Assembly: GCA_963662655.2 (NCBI GenBank)
Contig: CAXXTU010000002.1
Span: forward strand, 352,001-416,000
Source of the DNA: Candidatus Cloacimonadales bacterium
Lineage (GTDB): Bacteria; Cloacimonadota; Cloacimonadia; Cloacimonadales; JAIOQZ01
Length of the DNA stretch: 64,000 bases
Reading direction: 5' to 3'
The notes under the pieces were generated by a model. That model had not been told where the DNA came from, made no database searches, and worked only from the letters and a program-made list of their open reading frames with translations. Both the position numbers and the translations under genes were made by a program. Below, one piece after another: positions 1-7,921 of this stretch. How positions within the stretch are numbered: the stretch's first letter is position 1; each line of letters begins with the position of its first letter.

Positions 1-611
1 GTCAGTGTTGCAGATCCGCCACGGGCCGAGATAGCTGCCTGATTGAAAAATTCAAGTTCAGCACGTCCAGCCGACACAGCATCGTAGTAACCCTTCGTTA
101 GATCAGTCAGGCTCTTGATACCCTTTTCTTTACCAATCTGCAGAAGCCAGGAAGAAACCTGTCGGAGCTCTTCTTTCGTCATACGCAGCATCGTGTTCGT
201 GTTGGTCATGCCCGATTGAAAATCGGTGAAGATGCTGATCGGCCTTTCAAGAACCCGGTACATGTCCATCGCGGCCTGACGCGCACCCCGATAGGCGTTG
301 CCGAGATCGGAGAGCGTACCGAGCATGCCTTTATTCGCTTTCTGACCTTTCTTTCCGGTCTTTTCGGTCTCGTCGCCGAGGTCTTTGACGCTCTTCTGCG
401 TATCCTTGGCTGCATCATCAACGTCCTCGAGATCGCTCTGAACCTGATCAAAGACATGCTCCAGCGCCGACAGGTCAGGCTTGGCCATCAGACCTTTCGC
501 AATCGCATGGAACTGGCGAGAGAACTCTTGACCAATGGTAAGAGCCCCCGCGAGCCCGTCCTTGAAAGGCTTCAGGTCGATATTGATGGGAACGTTGATG
601 TTAGTCGGCAT
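1..611 (-). CDS. Phage tail tape measure protein, N-terminal part (runs off window; absent from ORF track)
   Basis: Own translation from ATG 611: MPTNINVPINIDLKPFKDGLAG...FTDFQSGMTNTNTMLRMTKEEL...LTKGYYDAVSAG...FFNQAAISARGGSATL, open to position 1. Resembles TP901-type TMP core; lies directly after the tail chaperone. Confidence 0.85.
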   Translation of the reverse strand, partial: MPTNINVPINIDLKPFKDGLAGALTIGQEFSRQFHAIAKGLMAKPDLSALEHVFDQVQSDLEDVDDAAKDTQKSVKDLGDETEKTGKKGQKANKGMLGTLSDLGNAYRGARQAAMDMYRVLERPISIFTDFQSGMTNTNTMLRMTKEELRQVSSWLLQIGKEKGIKSLTDLTKGYYDAVSAGRAELEFFNQAAISARGGSATL

Positions 612-1064
612 TCTCGCGATAACCCTCTATCATGATGCAGTAGCGCAGATAGCACTCTGCGAAGGTGAATTTGTTGAAATCATCATGGGTCAGACCGGCG
701 GTTCTCAAGCTCATTTCGAGCCGTTCGAACTGGTGCTCTGTGGATCCCCCAGCTTGGATTCGAAATTGGCGAGCAAGGGTTTGAACTTCTGCCAGCTGGT
801 GATGATATTGGTAAAAAAATCACCGAGCACCTCAAAGCTCTGATCCAGACCGGCTTGCTCGATCGGTACACCCAGCAGGATTTCGATGATTTCAACGTCC
901 GCTCTCGAATCGTAAACCAGTTCGATGAGCCCGAGTATCCCGAGCCCTGCAAAATCTTCGACATCATCCATGTTTTTGAGTTTCGATAAGGTCTCTTTCA
1001 GCTTTTCGTTCTTCAGGAAAACGCCGAATACACGGCGAAAGGTGTCGTATGTGAGTTGTTTCAT
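601..1064 (-). CDS. Tail assembly chaperone -1 frameshift product (gpGT-like), about 154 aa
   Basis: The -1 frame is closed by TGA at 822-820, opens at the slippery site and stays open for 70 codons to TAA 603-601, overlapping the TMP start. Confidence 0.7.
711..1064 (-). CDS. Tail assembly chaperone (lambda gpG-like), 117 aa
   Basis: Acidic helical protein immediately upstream of the tape measure; contains in-frame T-TTT-TTT slippery heptamer at 819-813. Confidence 0.75.
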   Translation of the reverse strand: MKQLTYDTFRRVFGVFLKNEKLKETLSKLKNMDDVEDFAGLGILGLIELVYDSRADVEIIEILLGVPIEQAGLDQSFEVLGDFFTNIITSWQKFKPLLANFESKLGDPQSTSSNGSK

Positions 1065-1450
1065 TGTTTCTCCTTGTAAAGCCAGCTGACTTGCGGTTTT
1101 GAATTATCGATATCCACATGGATGAAGTTCTTGCCGATGCCGATGCGACGAAATCCCGCCATGACGACACCGACCAACACCTTCAGGCGAGTGGTTGAAT
1201 CAGGTGTGTAAATGTCAGCGGCCACGCCTTTGAGGTGTGGTGAGTTTGTTGCAGGCTTGCATGTCGAGACAGCGGCATTGTGTTTCTCACAGCGGCTTGC
1301 AGACGTGATTCGATAAGCGCATCCGGAGATTCCACGTGCCGTGTCGAGCATCCGGACAAGCTCGGGATGTGGGTTGCTGTGGCCGCATCCGCACTGACAG
1401 GCGAATTCACTTGGCTTGAAGTGCGTTATGTTCTTCCAGTTCAGTGACAT
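1061..1450 (-). CDS. Endolysin, peptidase M15A family (Zn peptidase)
   Basis: HFKPSEFACQCGCG start; ITSASRC..HN, SPHLKGVAADI and GIGKNFIHVD motifs. Confidence 0.88.
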   Translation of the reverse strand: MSLNWKNITHFKPSEFACQCGCGHSNPHPELVRMLDTARGISGCAYRITSASRCEKHNAAVSTCKPATNSPHLKGVAADIYTPDSTTRLKVLVGVVMAGFRRIGIGKNFIHVDIDNSKPQVSWLYKEKQ

Positions 1451-1509
1451 CGTTCCCCCTATGAAGGTTGGTCGCCCAGTTGCCTAGGCGACCCATCGTT
1501 ATTCGTTGA

Positions 1510-1686
1510 TTATGCGCTAATTACGCCAGCATTGATGAAGAGCTGGCGGATAAATTCGATGACTTTGTCATCGACTTTGTTTTCCGTTTTCTCGACCTGT
1601 TCTTCCAGGAGTTCGAGAACGGCATCGACTGCCATCTCCAACGGAAGTAATCTCCAGGCTGCTTTCAGTATGTTTTTCCAATTCAT
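1510..1686 (-). CDS. Small lysis-region protein, 58 aa (below ORF-track cutoff)
   Basis: AAGGAG RBS then MNWKNILKAAWRLLPLEMAVDAVLELLEEQVEKTENKVDDKVIEFIRQLFINAGVISA; overlaps the 3' end of the upstream gene in another frame. Confidence 0.7.
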   Translation of the reverse strand: MNWKNILKAAWRLLPLEMAVDAVLELLEEQVEKTENKVDDKVIEFIRQLFINAGVISA

Positions 1687-1933
1687 GTGATACTCCTTGG
1701 GGTGATTGGGATGTTTGCATTTGTGGAATGAAAAAGAACACCTTCACGGCCATCGTGATGAGCAATATGAAAACGGCCCAACTCAGACGAAGGGTCATCG
1801 TCTGGCGATCCTCTACGCGCGAAAGGCGTGTCGTGATCGCATTCTTGCTGCTGCCGTTTCCGAAGAGCTCTTTATGGCAGGCGTTCACCTTGTTTTCGAT
1901 GTCTTGATGCGCTGTGCAGTCTTTACAGCCCAT
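1568..1933 (-). CDS. Holin-like single-TM membrane protein
   Basis: Start ATG 1933 with AAAGGA RBS; coiled N-terminus then one hydrophobic helix (LSWAVFILLITMAVKVFFFI); upstream of the endolysin. Confidence 0.5.
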   Translation of the reverse strand: MGCKDCTAHQDIENKVNACHKELFGNGSSKNAITTRLSRVEDRQTMTLRLSWAVFILLITMAVKVFFFIPQMQTSQSPQGVSHELEKHTESSLEITSVGDGSRCRSRTPGRTGRENGKQSR

Positions 1934-1943
1934 GATTCTTCCT

Positions 1944-2720
1944 TTAGGCATTTGCTATCAGCAGTTCCGTTTTGCGTTTCAGTTGTCCGGATAGTGAGTA
2001 GGTGGTTTCGAGTTCTTCGATGTTGTAATCCTTGTACATTTCACGAATAGCCGGGTGATCGTTGTACGACAGCAGCCACTTGCCTTTGATCGTCTTCAGC
2101 TGCTCGCATAGTTCGTCATGAGCAGTGAAAGACTCGATTCCGTCCCTTTCATACAGGCTTTCCAGCTCGTAATACGGTGGATCGAGATAGAAGAAAGTGC
2201 CGGGCTTGTCGTAGTGTCTGATCAGCTGCTTGAAGTCCTGATTCTCGATGATCACATTGCGCAGTCTGTCCGTTGCCTTCAAGACTTTCTCGGTGTCACG
2301 AAGCGGAAGCATGCTCGTATGCCCACGTACCGCGAATGTGTTTCCCAACGATCCGAACGAGCAGGCAACCTTGTAGTAGAATTGCACTGCCCGTTCAAGA
2401 TCGGTGGTTGGCTGAGACCGGAGGAACTCGTGAAACAGCTCTCGTGATGCTATCAGTCGTTTGAGCTCTGCCGTGAACGCCTGCGGGTGTCGCTGGATGT
2501 AGCGCCAGAAATTGACCAGGTCACCGTTGAGATCGTTGTATATCTCGCGGTATTTCTGGCGAGAGTCGAGTCTCCAGTCCTTGGGATCGTCGCTCTTGCC
2601 AAAGAGAACCCAGCCAGCCCCACCGAACACCTCGCAATAGGTGTCGTGTCGTGGCATTCGCTCAATAATGGATTTACGAAGAAGTCTTTTGCCACCGACC
2701 CATGCAATAATCGAGTTCAT
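1944..2720 (-). CDS. dam: DNA adenine methyltransferase (Dam/D12 class), orphan
   Basis: WVGGK, YCEVFGGAG, YNDLN and catalytic DPPY motifs; family-typical start MNSIIAWVGGK at 2720 (the ORF-track extension to 2909 crosses a structured leader). Confidence 0.9.
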   Translation of the reverse strand: MNSIIAWVGGKRLLRKSIIERMPRHDTYCEVFGGAGWVLFGKSDDPKDWRLDSRQKYREIYNDLNGDLVNFWRYIQRHPQAFTAELKRLIASRELFHEFLRSQPTTDLERAVQFYYKVACSFGSLGNTFAVRGHTSMLPLRDTEKVLKATDRLRNVIIENQDFKQLIRHYDKPGTFFYLDPPYYELESLYERDGIESFTAHDELCEQLKTIKGKWLLSYNDHPAIREMYKDYNIEELETTYSLSGQLKRKTELLIANA

Positions 2721-2774
2721 AGTGTGGGAGTCCTTAATAGATTGGTCGGTAGGAATGGGTGTAGAATCTATGAA

Positions 2775-2928
2775 GGGTGCCACGTTCTCCGCCAAGAACA
2801 CCAATAGCAGTGTCACGACCACGAGGGTCGTAAAACGTGACACCCAATGTGTCAGATTTGATGCGCTATTGATTTGCGTTCTTGGCGGGAACTCGGTTAA
2901 AATTTTCATATTGATAATTTCCTGTCAA
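2775..2928 (-). promoter_or_regulatory. TTGACA promoter element plus structured 5' leader of the methylase gene
   Basis: TTGACA at 2928-2923; nested inverted repeats 2784-2799/2878-2892, 2802-2808/2865-2871, 2810-2817/2836-2843 and a competing pairing 2775-2784/2836-2845. Confidence 0.6.
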
Positions 2929-2935
2929 GCCCTGA

Positions 2936-3478
2936 TTAAGCAGCGTCAGGGATGTCTTTCATTGGGATGACGGTGTTTTTCGTTGTTCCGCTGAATTCGC
3001 TCGATAGAACCATCGTCCACAAGCCGAATGCCTCAGTAGACCAGGCGACCGACCAGGTCATTCCGTTCAGGATAAGCGCCTGGCTCTTGTCTTCGTTAAC
3101 GCATACAAGGGTGAGGATGGTTCCATTCTCACTGACGCTCTCGAGGAATTCCTTCTTTTCCTGACTGATTCCGTTGATCGTGATATCGGCAGTCGTGGTA
3201 CGTTTGGTCTCGAATTTGTGGTGCAGCGTTTTGGCTGTTTCGGTCTTGGAATCGAGCTTGACCGGCTTCTCAGCGAGCAGACCGAGCTTCTCGAAGCTGG
3301 CCGTCAACTCAGTGGCTAAGACGGTCTTATCAGCGAACTTGGTTTCGATATCTGCGGACGTATAGCTGCCTGCTCCGATGTGACATTCTTCGAGCTTGAG
3401 AACAGCTATCTGCTTGCTCAGATCGCCCAAGTCCCCGGAGGTCATTCCGTCAGGAAGCGTTGGTTTTGTTACTGCCAT
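2936..3478 (-). CDS. Probable major tail (tube) protein, 180 aa
   Basis: Size, Thr/Ser-rich beta-strand pattern, strong GGAGG RBS, position after the capsid gene; no diagnostic motif recognised. Confidence 0.5.
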   Translation of the reverse strand: MAVTKPTLPDGMTSGDLGDLSKQIAVLKLEECHIGAGSYTSADIETKFADKTVLATELTASFEKLGLLAEKPVKLDSKTETAKTLHHKFETKRTTTADITINGISQEKKEFLESVSENGTILTLVCVNEDKSQALILNGMTWSVAWSTEAFGLWTMVLSSEFSGTTKNTVIPMKDIPDAA

Positions 3479-3489
3479 TTGTTACCTCC

Positions 3490-5241
3490 CTACTCTTCCG
3501 GCTCTGGCTCGACGAGATGGAACACCAGCGCGAAGCCGTTGACGTACGTGATTCCTGCGCGCAGGCGCAGATAGAAGTGCCATTTCCAGTCAGAGCCGTG
3601 ATGCTCCTTCTTCAGTTCTACATCGGTCCGAACGCCGAGTATGATGAACTTGGCCAGACCTGCGACGATATAGTTATCCGGCAAAAGTCGCTCTTTGACC
3701 GGGATACCACCGTAGGACAACTTGCCTCCTTCCATGAGGAGTTTGTCGCCGAGTTGTGTCGGACGGGCCGCAATCTCAGCGGCGATCCGGATGTGATCCT
3801 TATGGCTTACATAGATGACGAATCCTTCTTTTTCCTCAAGCATGTCGTCACTGAATGTAAGCAGAACCTGTTCGAAGCGCTTTGACCATGTGTCATAGGT
3901 TGTTGGATTGACGTCCGTGATTGCCGAAGCGTCGGAAGCCTGTACGATGACACCATCAAGAGCCGCAAGCGCTGGAGTCGCAGAATCGCGATCACCCTTA
4001 AACAGAAGCTTGCGCAGTGCCTTCTCGGCCTTCCCGGCGATGACCTTCTCGACGTATGCTCCGAAAGCTTCCTCGCCGTACTTGTCTTTGTAGAACTCGA
4101 CCGTTTCCTTGCTGAGCGTGATCTCAGCCGTGAGGATACCGGTAGGACAGGAAATGTCACCTGTCGAGATTGCCTGTGCGGTTGGTGAGCCATCGAGCGA
4201 GTTGGTGAATACGAGGTCATCGATGAGACCGGCATCGATCTTTTCATCTTTCTGCAGCAGTGTTACTGTAATGTCCGAAAGAGTATCGCTGGGATTGGAT
4301 GCGATCACTTCGTCAATGAAAAGACCTGCCATATTTTCAGTCAGGATGTTCATTGGCTGACCGGAATCGACATTGGCGATACTCTTATAGAGCTCGCGCT
4401 TTTCGGCCTTGATGACGATTTCGATACCCTTGATTTTCACGGTTCTGTCGGCCACTGTTCCCCCGGGCTCGCCATGAAGTGATTTCGATATTGCTTTGCT
4501 CACCTTGTCTCCCATGTTTTCAACTGCGGCGCCAAGGCGGTTGATAGCATCATCTAGCTTGGCATCCGATTGCGATCCTTCTGCTTCGGCGATTTGCTTC
4601 TCGATCTCACTGATCGCCGCATCGAACTCGTCGCCTTTCGCCTTGTCCTTGAATCCCTTGAGCATGTCCTTGAGGCTATCGACCTTGTGGGCGAGTTTCG
4701 CGAGTTCTGGGCTGGAACTGTTTTCGTCATCTACGTGCCCGTAGATCGATACACCGTTGAATTGTTTCTTCTTCACCTTCTGCCAGTATGGTGAAGCGAG
4801 ATTGTCGAACTTGATTGTTTGAACCCATGAGCCGATCTTTGTGTCGGGGTAGTGCTCATCATCCTTGGCCTTGAGAATGGAATTCTCCGCCACATAGCAG
4901 TCATCAATGGGTTTGAAATTGTGGTTGATGTCGTTCTTTCCGACCATGCCCTTCCGGGAAAAGTGGTCACATGCTTTTTGAATTTCTTCTTTGGTACAGG
5001 TGTCGCCTTGGGCGTCAACCGTATCCGGCTCCATCACGGTCACATAGAGCCTGCCTTGGTCGTCTGATTTGAACTTGGCCGTACTGCGAACATAAGCGTG
5101 CTGCTTGCCATTTTGTGATTTGGCGATAGCGCCCTTCTGATTGGCAGGCATCACCTCATCGAACAGCAGCGACACAAGGTCAACATCCACATTGCTCATC
5201 TGTCCCTTCATGACAGTTCTTCGTTTGCGGAATAGATTCAT
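3490..5241 (-). CDS. XkdF-like prohead serine protease fused to scaffold linker and major capsid protein
   Basis: LYVTVMEPDTVDAQGD...EEIQKAC, DINH, GSW and FNGVSIYG resemble PBSX XkdF-type proteases; coiled-coil middle; capsid-like C-terminal ~290 aa; no separate capsid gene in the module. Confidence 0.78.
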   Translation of the reverse strand: MNLFRKRRTVMKGQMSNVDVDLVSLLFDEVMPANQKGAIAKSQNGKQHAYVRSTAKFKSDDQGRLYVTVMEPDTVDAQGDTCTKEEIQKACDHFSRKGMVGKNDINHNFKPIDDCYVAENSILKAKDDEHYPDTKIGSWVQTIKFDNLASPYWQKVKKKQFNGVSIYGHVDDENSSSPELAKLAHKVDSLKDMLKGFKDKAKGDEFDAAISEIEKQIAEAEGSQSDAKLDDAINRLGAAVENMGDKVSKAISKSLHGEPGGTVADRTVKIKGIEIVIKAEKRELYKSIANVDSGQPMNILTENMAGLFIDEVIASNPSDTLSDITVTLLQKDEKIDAGLIDDLVFTNSLDGSPTAQAISTGDISCPTGILTAEITLSKETVEFYKDKYGEEAFGAYVEKVIAGKAEKALRKLLFKGDRDSATPALAALDGVIVQASDASAITDVNPTTYDTWSKRFEQVLLTFSDDMLEEKEGFVIYVSHKDHIRIAAEIAARPTQLGDKLLMEGGKLSYGGIPVKERLLPDNYIVAGLAKFIILGVRTDVELKKEHHGSDWKWHFYLRLRAGITYVNGFALVFHLVEPEPEE

Positions 5242-5250
5242 ACTGCCTCC

Positions 5251-6438
5251 TTATTTATTCCGATTTGTTTGAAATAGCTTTTCGTCTTCGCTCATGAATG
5301 CGTCTGTCAGCACACCGAAATCGATATCGCTTGTCTGGAGCCCCCAGGTGAATTCTCGATTGAACTCTTTCACAAGGGCGGTTGCGATCCGGTTCTGTAG
5401 CGGTTTCACGACGAATTTATAGAACATGATCATATCTGAATTGTTGTCGCCTCCGAGCTGGCCTGATACGAGCTGAGACACAAGCCTGGCGGGGACACGG
5501 TGGTATGCGAAAATCCCTTCACGCAAATCCTTCTTCAGCTTGATGAAGCTTCCGTCCTTGTCTTGCTGGCGGAGCGGCTCGAGGCGGATGTGGACATTTT
5601 CTTTCTCAACTTCGAGCAAGATGCTTGCGTGTGATTTCTTGTTGCCGGTTGCCTCTTTCATGGCGTTCTCGATCGCTGCAAATGCGTCCTGCTCGACGAC
5701 GTTTCCCTCGTCGTCCACGATCGTGTTATCACGCAATGAACCGCCTTCGATGATGATGAAATAGTCGATCAGGAGCCCGTTCTTGAAGTTGTTGTAATCA
5801 AACGTCTTGATCTCGCCCAGAATCTCTGCGTTGATCGCGATCGGGATACTTGAGAGCCCCCAGCCATTCGAGTTGTGAACCGGCCTCTTGATGTGGATGA
5901 CATCTTTGTTATCGAATAGCGTGCGCTTGTTGTTGCGGTGCTGAATGTAGTCCGGCTTGAAGAATCCGTGGTCGTCGTACTTCTCCACGAGAATCACTTC
6001 AGGCGGGAGAATGCGCTCGATGCCAACCCACTCGCCTTTTACGTTTCGCATCTTGAGCAGAAAGGCATTTCCACAAGCAGCATGGTATTTGACGGCCTCG
6101 CTGAGCATAGAATTGAGGCTTTCATTCCCTGGGAACTCGGCTGAAGCGATCCACTTCTTGAGATTGGCGTTCGTGGTTTCGACCTGCATGATTGCAGAGT
6201 CCTTGAGCGCTTCACAGCATCCGAAATGGTATTCGTCGATATCGAGTAGTTTTAGGAGCTTGGACATCGAATAGGGTGCATGAACTAGCTTGGCCTTCTC
6301 ATCAGCCTTGGAAATCGTTTTTGATCCAATCCAGGCCATCTTGCTGAGGTCAATCGTATCAGCCACATAATGCTCTTCTACCAGCTCGCGAGCAGAGGAA
6401 ATACCAACAATGTTAGAGCCAATTTTCCGCACGATCAT
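5251..6438 (-). CDS. Phage portal protein (PBSX/P2-like)
   Basis: CGNAFL, DVIHIK...WGLS, NNFKNG, IFAYHRVP and FYKFVVKPLQ motifs. Confidence 0.88.
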   Translation of the reverse strand: MIVRKIGSNIVGISSARELVEEHYVADTIDLSKMAWIGSKTISKADEKAKLVHAPYSMSKLLKLLDIDEYHFGCCEALKDSAIMQVETTNANLKKWIASAEFPGNESLNSMLSEAVKYHAACGNAFLLKMRNVKGEWVGIERILPPEVILVEKYDDHGFFKPDYIQHRNNKRTLFDNKDVIHIKRPVHNSNGWGLSSIPIAINAEILGEIKTFDYNNFKNGLLIDYFIIIEGGSLRDNTIVDDEGNVVEQDAFAAIENAMKEATGNKKSHASILLEVEKENVHIRLEPLRQQDKDGSFIKLKKDLREGIFAYHRVPARLVSQLVSGQLGGDNNSDMIMFYKFVVKPLQNRIATALVKEFNREFTWGLQTSDIDFGVLTDAFMSEDEKLFQTNRNK

Positions 6439-6818
6439 ATCACGTACTCCAGGTTGAGTTTGGCGACTCTGACACGTCTCGAATCGGCAGTGGCATCGCA
6501 GTACTCACATCCAACAATGTCCCGATCAATAGCCTTGATTAGATTCGTACGGAAGGTCTCTTTCATGGTCATGATTGCGATATCCGGATCTTCGACACCG
6601 TCGATTTTAATGAGCAGATAGATCGCAATCTGGAGCTTCAAACTGTTATACGTTCGCAGTGAAGGGTTGACACCTTCATCGCCTTCGAGAATTACCATTG
6701 CTGCAGGGAAATCGAAAGGAACTTTGTCCTTGCGGAAATAGACTCGCGCTTCAGGAATCTCGACCTTGGCCAGAATTGCCACAATTTGGTTGCGGAGCTC
6801 AGTGTACTGCGCGGTCAT
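6435..6818 (-). CDS. Probable tail terminator/neck protein
   Basis: 127 aa, third of three overlapping small genes; DFPAAMV motif reminiscent of tail-completion proteins. Confidence 0.45.
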   Translation of the reverse strand: MTAQYTELRNQIVAILAKVEIPEARVYFRKDKVPFDFPAAMVILEGDEGVNPSLRTYNSLKLQIAIYLLIKIDGVEDPDIAIMTMKETFRTNLIKAIDRDIVGCEYCDATADSRRVRVAKLNLEYVI

Positions 6819-7297
6819 AGTACAACCTCAATGCTGTCGAGCTGATCGAATATCCATTCCTTTTCGTTCTCGATGACTTCAGCGAAAACGTTTCGTTCCT
6901 CGATGCCTCGCGCTTTTATCTTGAACTGGATGATTCGGGCCATTTCATCAATCGTGAGTTCTTTTTTGGTTTTCTTATCCACCCAATCCAGCTTCTTACG
7001 CTCAACCCATGCCTTGAGCGGCTCGAGCGGTGTCCAGGACGGAACCTTTCCACCGAGAACAAAAGGCTCGTGCGCGACATTGGAACCGACAGCCAGCCCG
7101 ATCGAATTACCCTTGCGAGTTACCCGGTACTCAACCCCACGATAGAAGTCACCCTTATCGTATGGCCCATCGTCGAGAATCTTCTTCTTGGCTTTGGCCA
7201 CGATCACGTTGCCGATCATGTGCGCTCGCTCTGTCATGGCAGCATAGATGGCGCGATAGATTTCCTTCATGGTGTTATTCATCGTCGTCATCTCCAC
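6815..7297 (-). CDS. HK97 gp10-like neck/tail-completion protein
   Basis: PYDKGDF, VGSNVAHEPFV.GG and PLEPLKAWV...I..RGI pattern. Confidence 0.65.
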   Translation of the reverse strand: MEMTTMNNTMKEIYRAIYAAMTERAHMIGNVIVAKAKKKILDDGPYDKGDFYRGVEYRVTRKGNSIGLAVGSNVAHEPFVLGGKVPSWTPLEPLKAWVERKKLDWVDKKTKKELTIDEMARIIQFKIKARGIEERNVFAEVIENEKEWIFDQLDSIEVVL

Positions 7298-7757
7298 TGA
7301 TCACGCTGGCCCGGGTGCCACGAATGGATTGAGAGCCGGTCAGAAGTTCGCGATAACGGTTCTTGCCGGTGAGATTGAAGTAATCGATGATTTGTGTGAG
7401 AGCTCGGAGTTCGAGAGACTTCTTGAACGAAGCGATATCTTTGACCGTGAGTAGCTCTGCTGCCTGGTCGTCGATGCCTGTTGACTTGATGATGCCCGTG
7501 CCGATCGTCTTGATGTTGATGAATTCAAGGACGGATTCGAAGAGGATAAACGAGTATGCGTAGCGAAATGCGGAAGCAAGAGCGGAACCCGGAGTCTCAC
7601 TTGTCGCTTCATCGTAATGCGTTTTTTCAACATGATTACGAAGATACGATATTGCAGCTGCAGAGTGAGCGCTGAGCGTGCTTTCAATATTGCCGTCGAT
7701 GGGCAAATTTACAATTGTTCTTACATCTGCTGCACTGACCGGAATCGCTGCTGCCAT
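7275..7757 (-). CDS. Probable head-tail connector protein
   Basis: 160 aa helical protein starting PVSAADVRTI; heads the neck-gene trio; GAGG RBS. Confidence 0.45.
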   Translation of the reverse strand: MAAAIPVSAADVRTIVNLPIDGNIESTLSAHSAAAISYLRNHVEKTHYDEATSETPGSALASAFRYAYSFILFESVLEFINIKTIGTGIIKSTGIDDQAAELLTVKDIASFKKSLELRALTQIIDYFNLTGKNRYRELLTGSQSIRGTRASVISGDDDDE

Positions 7758-7786
7758 TTGGCTACCTCACATCGTTTAATGATGCG

Positions 7787-7815
7787 AGTTTGCAGCAGCA
7801 TTAGAGGGGTGTCAA
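7787..7815 (-). promoter_or_regulatory. Putative sigma70 promoter for the structural genes downstream of the defence cassette
   Basis: TTGACA-17 nt-CAAACT, about 30 nt upstream of the 7757 start. Confidence 0.4.
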
Positions 7816-7921
7816 AAACGCATGGGTACATTTGACACAGTATTTTAAGGGAGTGATATTTTTTTCACATACGGTAATTACGAGAAATGATAATAGAATA
7901 GGCAATCACTGAGAAATTCAG

